Assembly (NCBI GenBank): GCA_036172245.1
Contig: JAYWIR010000042.1
Location: 1,426,001 to 1,490,000 of the forward strand
DNA length: 64,000 nt
Direction of reading: 5' to 3'
Source: Raillietiella orientalis
Lineage: Eukaryota
Both the position numbers and the translations under genes were made by a program. Below the pieces are notes generated by a model, which was given only the letters and a program-made list of their open reading frames with translations, searched no databases and was not told the DNA's origin. This document shows positions 38,801 through 48,964 of this stretch, piece by piece. Numbering within the stretch: position 1 is the first letter of the stretch; the number at the start of each line of letters is the position of its first letter.

Positions 38801-41800
38801 GTTGCCCCATACCCTAACATCCGTGAGAAAGGAAACCCAAGAATCCCGAACACACACATCCTTCGTTCCCACTTGCATTCGTTACTCTGCAAGAACATGT
38901 CAACCTACAGGAGCCTTTCTTTCAGCGGAAATTTCTCTTGGGGCTCAACTTTTCATTCGAATAGGGAACCACGTGAACAGGGTTTCACAGCCAACAGCAA
39001 ACGATCTCTTTACAGAGAAAAGGGGAAAGAAAAAAAAGAAGGAAAGCAGGAGGAAGAAAGAAATAATATACAGGGCAATTTTAGAATTAGTTCTGGCTGT
39101 TTCGCTGTCAGATAAAGGAATGCAACAGTGAGCTGGAAATTAGGCGGTGTCCTAGGGACTAGGACCTAGGATGAACTCACGATCTTGCTTGAACATTGAG
39201 TGTGCTCCAAACTTGAAGTCATTTGCCTGAAACTGAAAAGGTGCGAGGAGATTTTGGAAAATTCTGAGTAATAGTGATTGCATTCAAAAAAAAATTAGCT
39301 GGCAACTGTACTTGTCAGAGAGAAATTGGGTTTGAAAAATCAACACCATAAGATGAAGGATTCTATTCTTTTGAAAGGGAAAAAAGCTACATCAATGTTG
39401 AAGCTGCAAATTTGACTCATTTGACAAACGTGAAGGGAGACTGAACCGTGGATGCAATTCGATGGCTACACTCTCGTGGTTTCGATCATAGGCACGAACC
39501 TTCAGTTCTCAAAATTTCCACTGCTCGGTATCGTGATGACTCGGTACTCATCATCCTGTCATTTAATCGATTCGTAGTATCTGCTCTGCTTTCGAAATCA
39601 ATCCAAAAGTGTGCTTTGCACGCGTGTGTACATCGAAGAATGGCAACTGATTTCAACACAGGTTGTTCACATTGCAATTTTCGCACATGAAGCATTCTCT
39701 GGATCCATATCCCCTTCCCCTGATCCCTTTGTAAAAGGGGCAAGACTTCCAGGAAACGTCCGCGCTGTTTCCGAATCCCGAAGAGTCCTTCGAGAAAGAG
39801 GCTTACAGCTGCGAACGGGACACTTCCCCGCGCGCAGCTCAGGAGTGGATCAGTTCAGAGTGCAGTGACCGTCTAAAGAATATCGCTTCCATGAACTTCA
39901 CCGGAAAGCGTTCTGAGTCGAGGCAGAGTGACCCGTGATGGAGGGATCCCTTCCGCTCCGCTCCTCCTTCTAGTTCCACATGGAAGAGTGTTTTGGAGTT
40001 TTCCCTCGCCGACTCACTAAGCCACACATGAAATGGTTTTCCCAACGCGCGCGTGCACGTGGATAAGAAAACATGCCTTAGAAAGCAGTGCGCGAGGAAA
40101 CAAGGAGCTGAAAAGCTGTTTTTTGTTTCATGAAAACAAGGAAGAAAAAACAAAGCAAAACAAAGAACATCGGATCACGACAAATGAGTCGCCAGCTTGC
40201 GAGAAGGGTTGAAGGTCATCCATTTTTTATCCCTTCCTCGGCGGTCTTGATTTCTTTTTTTGTGCGTGGGTTTCATTCTTCCTCTTTCGCCCTCACGAAA
40301 AGGCAACCGAAAACACACGTGGAAAAACGGATCCAGAAGGCATGTTCCAACAACCACACGGTTGTCTTTTGCCTGCTCTGTGGGAATTATGCTCTGTGGG
40401 ATCGTTTCTCCACAGTTTCACTTTCGTTTTCGGCGAGAAGTGCGAAGATTGCGAGACAATTTTCCTAAAGCACGTGTGCATGTGTGAAGTTGTCGTTGTT
40501 GTTTTTGAGAAGGGGGGAGGGAAGTGGAAGAATTCTGTCAGCGAGATAACATAAAATATTCCAGAAGACAAAAGCAGAAACCAAAAAAAAGAGCAAAGAG
40601 CCGAACAAAGGTTTTCTTTTTTTATGTATGGAATTTCCTACCCAGGAACTAAGAATCATGTCCAATTTTCTGCGACTTGAGTGAAATTCACATGATGAGA
40701 AAAGATCAGAAGAAGAAAAAAATTTCTGGCTGTCCAGCCCTGTGCACACCTTTTCGTTTCATTGTCTGTCTTCCGAGGTCCCGTGGTCCGTTGCTTACTT
40801 GGAACTTTGACAGCAGAATCGTCGTCAGAGGAAGCCGGAAAGGAAAATGCACGAGGAACACCATATACAGCTCCAACAAGGATACGAAGTCTCCTTCCTG
40901 TTAGTCTGCTTTTGCATTCTCCAGGGACTCTTTGCTGCTGCTTTCGTCTCCACAGCCAAAATGAAGAAGAAACTCTGTCCTTGGAATTTCAGTTCGGGAA
41001 CATCAAAGAACCAACTCCTCTTATTCGGACTCAGTTATAAGCAACCTGACCGGGCTGCTCATAGAGGAGTTCGGAGGTCTTAAAGGCCCGGAGTACTTAA
41101 AGGTCGGCAGACCTGCCCACGATGATGGGGACGACGTGGAGATTCTCAACAAGAGCAGGTGGAAGGAACAGGCATTTGAGAGGAACACTCTGGAGGGCGT
41201 TTGGGCGACACTCTGGCTTTGAGAGCCTTCTTCGGGTGCATCTATCTGCCTGTTCTGCCTTCTCTGCATTTGAACCTCCATGGGGAGGCCATGCCGACTC
41301 AGTCTTCAATACGCCAAAAGATGAAGTTCTAAATTAAGACAATGAGAGTGCTGATTCCCACTTCAGGGAGTGAGGAGGTATCCACAGAATAGCCCGGTTT
41401 TTCTCTGTGCCGAGAAAACAGTATTTTCTCCCTCGGAACCCGTGGTTGTTCCTAGCGAGGGCTGCTCTGGGTAGACGAAATCGAAATCACTTGCGGCGAA
41501 ACTTCATCTTTGTCTGGGGTGAAAGATGCCTGGGAATTTTCTTTGGCTAAAGACAAAGCCATATTGGCTGCAGGAATCTCCTTGAAGGATCCTTTATTGA
41601 TTTTTGGATCAAATTCCTGTAGCCACCTATCTGCACACAAGGGGGAGAAAGCCAAAGAAGGCCAAAGAGATGGTCATCGTGAGCAGCGTGTCCCACGAGG
41701 GTGTTCCCAAGTCCGATTAGTTTGTTCTCCAGACCTTGGGCCTTCTCAAGCTTCCTTAATACATCTGCTCCTTACCTTTTCTCTTTTGTGCTGATGAGAA

Positions 41801-44800
41801 ATTTCCTCCTCCTTCATCATCTTCTCTTCTAACGATTTAAAAAATCTTTGAACTTTTTTCTTGCTTTGGAAGTACCGCTCTGCAGACCCCATGGAAAGAT
41901 GGATGCTCTCTTCAGCACTCTTCCAGAGCGAAAGATAGACAGATGCTTATGACACAAGCCTTGATAATGACACCACAATCACTTACTGAAGTCTGAACGA
42001 GTTTCGCTTCCCGCTTGCTCCTCAAGAGAGAATCCCAGAAGGATCCACAGCCTCTGTTTTTCCTTATCCGTTTCTAGTCTGTAATGGATGAAGAGCGTTC
42101 ACTGTTGATTGCCCCCAGACACCGACGAGTGCAAAGAGGTGCCTGGAATCTGCCGGAACGGAGATTGCGACAACCTTCAAGGAAGTTTCCGGTGCGTCTG
42201 CCACACCGGGTTCGTCCTGTCTCTGCACAGAGACTTCTGTGTGGATGTGGACGAGTGCTTGAGGACGCCGACCGTTTGCGGCAATGGGACATGCCACAAC
42301 ACCGTGGGCTCCTTCGGTTGCCACTGTGCTGCAGGGTTCCGCAGAGACGCGAGTGGCAGCTGCGCTGGTAAGCAATGAAAAAGGGAGTGTGGAGGTGGAG
42401 GGGAGCAGGTGGGAGGATCACAACTCCTTTTCCTCCTCGGAGACATCGACGAGTGCACCAACCTGGAGGGCGCATGCCGCAATGGCATCTGCCGCAACTT
42501 GCCTGGCTCCTACGAATGTGACTGCACCCGAGGGTATGAGCTGGCCGAAAGTTCTGGAAGCGTTCTGCGCTGCATCGACGTGGACGAGTGCGCCATCGGC
42601 CTCTCTCCCTGTGAGACTCCCGCTCGATGCCAGAACGCTGCCGGATCCTTTTTCTGCTCCTGTCCAGACGGCTACGCCCTGACTTCGGACCTAAGGAGAT
42701 GCAGCGGTGAGATCATTCGTGTGCTTCTTCTTCCCTCCTCCTTCCTTCGATTCGCTGGGAAATCCCAGAGCGAGCCCTTTCGTAGACGTGGACGAGTGCC
42801 TGCAGGAAGACATTTGCGAAAATGGCTACTGCGATAACCTACCAGGAACCTTCGTGTGCACCTGCCCGGACGGGCATATACTAAGCTCGAACGGGAGGAG
42901 ATGTGTAGACATGCGCACTGCACCATGCTACGAAACACCCCCTCAAGATGGGGTCTGCGTTGGACCTCCTCTCGGAGGAGGAACCTCGCGAAGGGAGTGC
43001 TGCTGCACTCTGGGAGTCTCCTGGGGGGATCCCTGCGATTTCTGTCCCTCTCAAGGAAGTGGTAAGAGTCGAGGACCATCCGCCGCGAATTAACGGGGAA
43101 GGTGGGAACAAAAGAGAGGGAAATCTGGCTCTTCTTCTCTTTTCGCGGAAAGAGGGAAGAAGAGACAAGAGTGGCAACCGCTCAAACCTTTGGACGGGAG
43201 GGGTGGGTGGATGGGAGGGCCTGCTCCTCCCTGAGTAGGATAGAAGTCAGGAATAAGGCGGTTGATCATGGTCTTGCAGATGAAATAAAGAAGCTCTGTC
43301 CAAGCGGCCATGGAAGAGGAGAGGACTCCAAAGACGTGAACGAGTGCGAAATCTTCCCAAATGTTTGTCAGGGCGGCGGCTCCTGCGTCAACACGGATGG
43401 ATCCTTCCGCTGTCGGTGCGCACCAGGCTATGCGCCGAGGTCTTCAGACCAGCGCTGCTCAGGTGAGCGTCTCCTCTTCCTCTTCCCGTGCGCCACTTCT
43501 TCCTCCTGCTGCAGATATTGACGAGTGCGAAGAGCGGTACGTGTGCGGAAACGGCAACTGCTTCAACACCATCGGAGGCTTTTCCTGTACCTGCGAGCCA
43601 GGATTCGCGTTGGGAGCAAAAGGGGTGAGCATTCGAATGTCTCCTTGTCATCCTCTCCTTTCCTTCTCAACGCAACGCTTCTCTCACTTCTCCAGCAATG
43701 CGAAGATATCGACGAGTGCGAGGACGGGGAAGACGGGTGTGCTTTCCGGTGCGCCAACACTCTGGGCTCCTTCCGGTGCATCTGCCCTCGCGGCTACCGT
43801 CTGGGCAACGACCGCCTCCACTGCTTCGGTGAATTTCATTTCCCTCCCGATTCTCTCAATCAACTCTCCTCCTACTCTTTCCAGACGTGGATGAGTGCGC
43901 AGATCTGGACAACCACCAGTGCCGCTTTTCTTGCAAGAACCTCATCGGATCCTACGTGTGCCTCTGCCCGGAAGGCTTTCGGAAGTCCCTCGAGGGCGAT
44001 GGATGCAAGGACGTGGACGAGTGCGCCCTAGGCAACGAGGTGTGCCCTGGGGGAACCTGTGTCAACACTGAGGGCGCGTACCACTGCACCTGCGCCACCG
44101 GCTTTGAGGCCTCCGACGGCGGCAGGAGCTGCATCGGTGGGTGACCGCGCATGAGCGTCGTCCTTTTCCGAGTCACAGCCGAATCACTCTCACCCTTGAC
44201 CTCTTTCTTGGGCGTCTCTCGCGGCAAAAGAGCGACCGCCATCCAGTGAATCACCGTTCTCCTTCCCAGACTCGAGGAAAGGTTTCTGCTACCGGAGCTC
44301 AGAGGTCCCCTGCCCTCAGGGCAGTCTCAGCCTGGCGGAGGTCAGCAAAGCAGACTGCTGCTGCTCCGCAGGCATTTTGTGGGGATCCGACTGCGAGAGG
44401 TGCCCACAGGACGGCTCCGAGGCATACAGGGAGCTGTGCCTGCAGACGGGCTTTCTGGCGAATGGCACGGGTAAGTCCCTGAGGCATAAAGAAGCAGAGG
44501 AGGAACGTCGGCACCCTTCTTCGTTTTTCCTCTCCCTTTTCCCTCTCCATCTCTTCCCGCTCTTTCATTTCTTCCTCTCCACGCTTGGGGTTTGCAGACG
44601 TGGACGAGTGCCGCACTGCGAAGGACCTCTGTGCTCACGGGCTGTGCGCCAATACTCTGGGTTCGTACAAGTGCCTTTGCGACAGGGGCTTCCGTCCAGG
44701 TCCCAGGTCCACGTCCTGTCTGGGTGAGGCGGGTAGGGGGAGAGGATGTGACGTCGTTTTGAGCTTTGTTCCCCAGACATCGACGAGTGCCTGGGGTCTC

Positions 44801-46886
44801 CCTCCCCTTGTGAGTTCTCCTGCAGGAACACGGTGGGGAGCTTCACTTGCTCCTGTCCGGAGGGATTCCTTCTGGACCCAGATGGAGTGTCCTGCCGCGA
44901 CGTGGACGAGTGTGCCGGGCATAACTCCCCTTGCGAGAAAGAGTGCGTCAACACTCCCGGGTCTTATCGGTGCGGGTGTCCCCGAGGCTACCAGGAAACC
45001 AACAGAAAGTGTGTCGGTAAGTCTGCGCACTGGGGGCAGGTCTGGAGGGAACTCCCTCCGCCTACCCCCTTCGTCCCTTCCCTCGAGACAAGTCCTCCCG
45101 AATCCCCTTCCCTTCCGTCTTCCCTAGACGTGAACGAATGTGCGGGGAACGCGAGGCTGTGCTCACCGGGGGAGTGCGTCAACTCGGATGGTGGCTTCAG
45201 CTGCGTGTGCCCCAGGGGATTCCTGGCAGACTCCAATATGACTTCCTGCCTGGATGTGGATGAGTGCGAGGAGGACCTGAGATGCGAATTCGGCTGCCAG
45301 GTAACGGATGAAGCAGCAGAGTCTTTCTCCTTGCATCCCTTTCCGCAAAACGACCTTCTCCTTCCTCTCCTTTCTGATCGGCGTCCTCGAACTGACCCTG
45401 ACCCTGTTCTTCTCTGTGTGATCCCTCGGAGTGCCGTAGAGACATGGTCTGTGCGTCGCCCAAACACTCAGGAGCACCTCCCGTTCCTTCCCAGCCACAA
45501 AGTCCTCCTAGAGGGGGCGAATTCCCTGAGACAGGCTGCTCTTCGCTTCTCCTCCTACTGTGCGGAACAGGCGTTCCTCGAGAGAAAGGAAGCTCCTCCC
45601 TGTATGACAGGATGTTCCTTCTTTAGAACCTCGTGGGATCCTACCGGTGCCTCTGCCCTGCAGGATACTTTTCCCTCTCCCGGTATGGAAGCTGCGTGGA
45701 CCTGGACGAGTGTGTCGATGCTCCCTGTGGTTTCCCGTCTACCTGCCACAACTTTCCGGGCTCCTTCCGCTGTGAATGCCCGGAAGGCTTCATGTTGGAT
45801 GAGGATGTTGCAACCTGCGTTCAGGTAAAGCTTTTCTTCCTTTCTCATTCCCGGAAGGAGAGTCCGAGACAGAGGAAAGGCATCCCGAGACACGGCACAT
45901 CTCCCTTTGTAGCTCCCTCCGGAGGATCCCTGCTCGACGGAGGGCTGCGCCTTCGGTTGCCGCCGTCATAGGGATTCGGGTCTGCCTCCCTGTAGTTGCC
46001 CAAAGGGATACGAGGGTCTGGGAAGGACAGCCTGTATCTTTACCGTCGGTCCGGCGTTCGGCGTGGTTCCTGGTGGGGAAGACAGAAATGTTGCTCCTGA
46101 GATCCCAGGGTGCCTTTCCTGCAAGGAGAGCGTCATTTCACTTGCCTCCTCCCCCTCCTCCTCCTTCGGCGATCTGGAGGGTTGGGCGAGGAGGATTCCG
46201 AGCAGCCGGACTGAGAGGAGATCGTGGGTGGCTCTGAAATCCAGTCAGCGGAATCTCGCCTCATCGCAGGCGATGGACGGAGGGTGGAAGAGCAGAAGCC
46301 GCAGGGAGGACGGCTTCCTGAGGAACGCCTCCCAATCCGATCGCCCTCCTGATCCTAAACATACACCCGGATATGGGAGGAAGGTGAGCCTCCCGGCGTC
46401 TTGAAATACCTCCTCCTTGCCCTTCTGTGACAGGGGGAAGGTGGCCAACTTGACGAAGGTAACAATGGTACCGCTTCCCGTAGGAGAATCTCTGCTCACG
46501 AGGTCGTCTTCCCACTGCGCCTGGAGCACACGAGACGCCGACTGACAGTTTTGAAGCTTTTCCCCTCCGTGAGACGCCTAAAGGTAATGCTGTACCTCAG
46601 GGGACTGCTAAGGAAGAAAGGGGAGAAAAAGCGGAGGGAGGAGAAGGCGCCCTCTGAGCCGACTCCAGCAGCGTACATTTTTTAGGGAGCTCAATACTTC
46701 ATCATCTCCGGAAACGAGAGAGCCCTTTTCAATCTGGAAACCTCACATGATGGTGGAGTATCCCTGTACTTTTGCAAGCGCCTGAGGAGTCCTGGCACCT
46801 TCGATTTGCTCATCCGCGCTCAAGGCCATCCAAACGAGGGAGGAGACGAGCTCTATATATCCCTGAGGATGGTGGTGACCATCTGA
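20843..46886 (+). CDS. FBN: Fibrillin (fibrillin-1/2-like), about 45 exons from 20843 to the stop codon
   Basis: N-terminal exon [19 protein letters not shown] (20843-20922); EGF exons at 22053 and 22273; hybrid domain 1 [26 protein letters not shown] (22907); 8-Cys TB domains at about 24515, 27874, 29660, 35402, 36000, 42910 and 44270; hybrid 2 at 29111; cbEGF (D[IV]DEC) runs of 2,5,3,1,12,2,7,5,7; furin-like RxxR sites at about 46208-46305; fibrillin C-terminal domain [40 protein letters not shown] ending at TGA 46884-46886. Confidence 0.96.
25584..25976 (+). pseudogene. 5'-truncated beta-tubulin processed pseudogene inside a fibrillin intron
   Basis: [93 protein letters not shown]. This is the beta-tubulin C-terminus, intronless, with in-frame stops at 25635 and 25839. 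Confidence 0.93.
28393..28587 (+). repeat. Source copy of a duplicated intron 3' end plus exon start
   Basis: cttacctttcccggaaagtcctttagggaagaaaaacctttgc..ttctcctcag|acatcaacgagtg is closely similar to 31790-31973. Confidence 0.85.
31790..31973 (+). repeat. Duplicated intron 3' end with decoy acceptor and degenerate cbEGF exon start
   Basis: cttacctttcccggaaggtcccttagggaagaaaaacctttgc..ttctcctaag|acaccaatgagtg. Homology stops about 13 nt into the exon. Confidence 0.85.
36300..37900 (-). mobile_element. Decayed Penelope-like element in a fibrillin intron
   Basis: Minus strand [10 protein letters not shown] (37625-37596; cf. LYGLPKIHKP), then [21 protein letters not shown] (ORF 37104-37472; cf. 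LLELCL..FNGK..GxxMGSPISP), then ILSLDI at about 37040 (cf. LPFLDV). Confidence 0.5.
40600..41900 (-). mobile_element. Decayed Penelope-like element in a fibrillin intron
   Basis: Minus strand [21 protein letters not shown] (41113-41051; cf. GLPKIHKxxxPLRPIVSxxxSP), preceded by FTPDKD at about 41515 (cf. PADKG). Boundaries are approximate. Confidence 0.5.
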
Positions 46887-46980
46887 GCAGGAGGAGGAAG
46901 AACCTAGAAAGTAGAATCCTTTCTAGGGGAGCTAAATGGGGAAGTGTCACGGGCACCCGTATCCACACTTCTGACCAGTC

Positions 46981-46986
46981 AATAAA
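46981..46986 (+). terminator. Candidate polyadenylation signal of fibrillin
   Basis: AATAAA 95 nt after the stop codon, followed by T-rich sequence. Confidence 0.55.
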
Positions 46987-46999
46987 GCATTCTATTCAT

Positions 47000-47800
47000 T
47001 ATTTCTTCCTGGTAAACGTCCGGCTGGAGAATCGAAAAAACGGAAGTAGGAAAAGAGGAGTTAACGTGCTGATGGCAACGCAACCCGTCTTTCTGGGAGC
47101 GCAAGAGGACGAAAGATTTCTTATCCCAAGGCGACGACGCAGCTGGAAGGGATGATTTCGTCATGGAAAACTCAGGGCAATGCATCATGTCTTCTTTGAA
47201 GAGAAGTGCATGGCGAAAATGGGGTCGATCTAGAAGTTCCAGATATACAAAGAGAGAGGACACAACGTGGATCACAGAATGCTGACGGGAAAATGAGGTG
47301 CGATACAAGGAAGGGAGGGAGGAAAGGCTTTACGCCCTCCGGCCGTTCCGGAGGAAGGTGCAGGTATTGTCAAAAGAGAAAAAAGAAGGTGGTGGAAGCG
47401 TCTTCTGGAAGTTCATCAAGGCGGTCCATCTGCTTGACGGAACGCTGATCCCAGATGGCTATTGAACGTCCGTTCCATTCTGAGAATGGATTCGAGACGT
47501 GAATAGTGGATTGTTTCAAGAGATCTGTGGGCCGCTTTCCAGCTTTTCGGAGGATCCATACTTGGGGTCACTTAGGACAGAAACCAGTCGGATCGATCTC
47601 AGTAGACTCGAGTACAGAGATTTGGAGAGGTAAAGGGGGAAGGATTTAAGCTCACCGAGAAGTCACATGATTGAGTCACATGATGAGGTGAGGCAAGTCC
47701 ATGTCAGGCCCTTTCACAAGGGAAGGGTCTTTTCTCGAGGAAGTTTTGCCATCGGAATGGGAAGAGATACCTCGCGAGTAAGTAAAGGGACCTTGTACTG
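47000..47800 (-). mobile_element. Possible very decayed Penelope-like remnant between the convergent genes
   Basis: Weak ordered motifs LSDPKY, PAPSSG....RK...P..P and HVNSSFPT on the minus strand. Confidence 0.2.
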
Positions 47801-47969
47801 CATGCACAGCTCTTAGAAAACGAAGTCTCTCAAAGAGTCAGTCTCTCCTCTCCCTCCTCTTTCCCCCTTGGGAACGACAATTAGCACGGAAACTTCACGG
47901 AACGGTCGTCATGGAGTCAGAAAAGCCCACGACTAGCGTCCATTTCCAGCAAAGGAGGCTCTTGTACCC

Positions 47970-47979
47970 TTTATTTATT
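47970..47979 (-). terminator. Candidate polyadenylation signals for the distal last exon of the ODF3-like gene
   Basis: tttatttatt reads as overlapping AATAAA on the minus strand about 110 nt after the stop at 48087. Confidence 0.5.
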
Positions 47980-48086
47980 CTGAGGTGTCACTTAAAAAAT
48001 GGGGAGGGGGAGGGAACGAAGGAGGGTTTTAGAAAGGAGTAGATCCCGCATACCGTTCAGGGATGCCCACTCCGCCTTGGGCGGGC

Positions 48087-48512
48087 TCACAGGAAGATCC
48101 GCACGTTGGCTCTCTTCACTGTCGCTGCTGCTCTCTCCGTGGAGGAAGAGCAGAACTCAGAAAATCCGGCCGTGCCCTCCTCCACGGAGGCGCCCTCACG
48201 CTTCAGGGAGAGCTCCATCAGGCGCTCACGGGAAGCTCTTGCTGACAAGCCAGCCCCCTCTCGACTGCCGCTCGCCTCCTCTTCCTCTAAAGTGCACCAC
48301 GTGCCGTTGGACGTCGGGGCGCCATGATCGGCCGAAGGCTGTTCCCGTTCCCCAACGGTCTCGGAAACAAGACCCTCTTCTTCCTCCTCTTCCTCCTCGC
48401 CTGCTTTTTTTTCGTCTTCTTTGGGTGGCAGCTGAAAGTCCTTCTTGTTGTAGCTGACGTAAGGGGAGTGTCTGATTCCGAAACTGTACCGAGGAGTGGA
48501 GTCCAGAATGAC
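48087..48512 (-). CDS. Alternative distal terminal exon of the ODF3-like gene, with a long acidic tail
   Basis: cttcttccag| phase-0 acceptor, then VILDSTPRYSFGIRHSPYVSYNKKDF..EEEEEEEE..RIFL*. Its start is paralogous to the proximal last exon. Confidence 0.7.
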   Translation of the reverse strand, partial: VILDSTPRYSFGIRHSPYVSYNKKDFQLPPKEDEKKAGEEEEEEEEGLVSETVGEREQPSADHGAPTSNGTWCTLEEEEASGSREGAGLSARASRERLMELSLKREGASVEEGTAGFSEFCSSSTERAAATVKRANVRIFL

Positions 48513-48964
48513 CTGGAAGAAGCACCGAGAATGTATCAGAAATCTCTGGAAGCGAGCGAGTGAGGTGCCCAGTGTGACCCTTGATTTCGCCAAACGTCTC
48601 CCCTCCCTCCCACCCTTATCAGATAAGTGAACTGTGAAAGGTCCGTTTCTGAAAGCAGAGGTCAAGGGTCCCGCTAAACCATAGTGGCCCTTGTTCCTCC
48701 TTCTCCTGCAGGCTTTCCCCCATTCCTGTCTTGCAAAAACGAGAGCACGGAAAGAAGAGTTTCTTTGCGAGCTCCTCAGAGATGAACCCCCTCATTTTCT
48801 GCAGACTAGGAAAATCTTTCTCCCTCGTTTTCCCCCTTCTATTCCCTGTGATTCTGTGAAAGTTTTCTATAGCCCTTTGGAGTCGCCGGTTGTTCCACAT
48901 GCGGGGGTGAGAGGGGGAAAGTGCACCGTGCGATTCGAGGTACCTCCTGGACGCAGCAGCGCCC

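Noticed and set aside
26879..45824. Recurring gacgtggacgagtgc motif suggesting a repeat array
   Set aside because: It is the coding consensus DVDEC of cbEGF domains.
46459..46483. Apparent 25-nt GT-AG intron in the fibrillin penultimate exon
   Set aside because: The frame reads through correctly ([16 protein letters not shown]..) and removal would shift it.
47661..47683. Tandem AGTCACATGA (M-box/E-box-like)
   Set aside because: Lies between convergent 3' ends in probable transposon debris; a short tandem duplication explains it.
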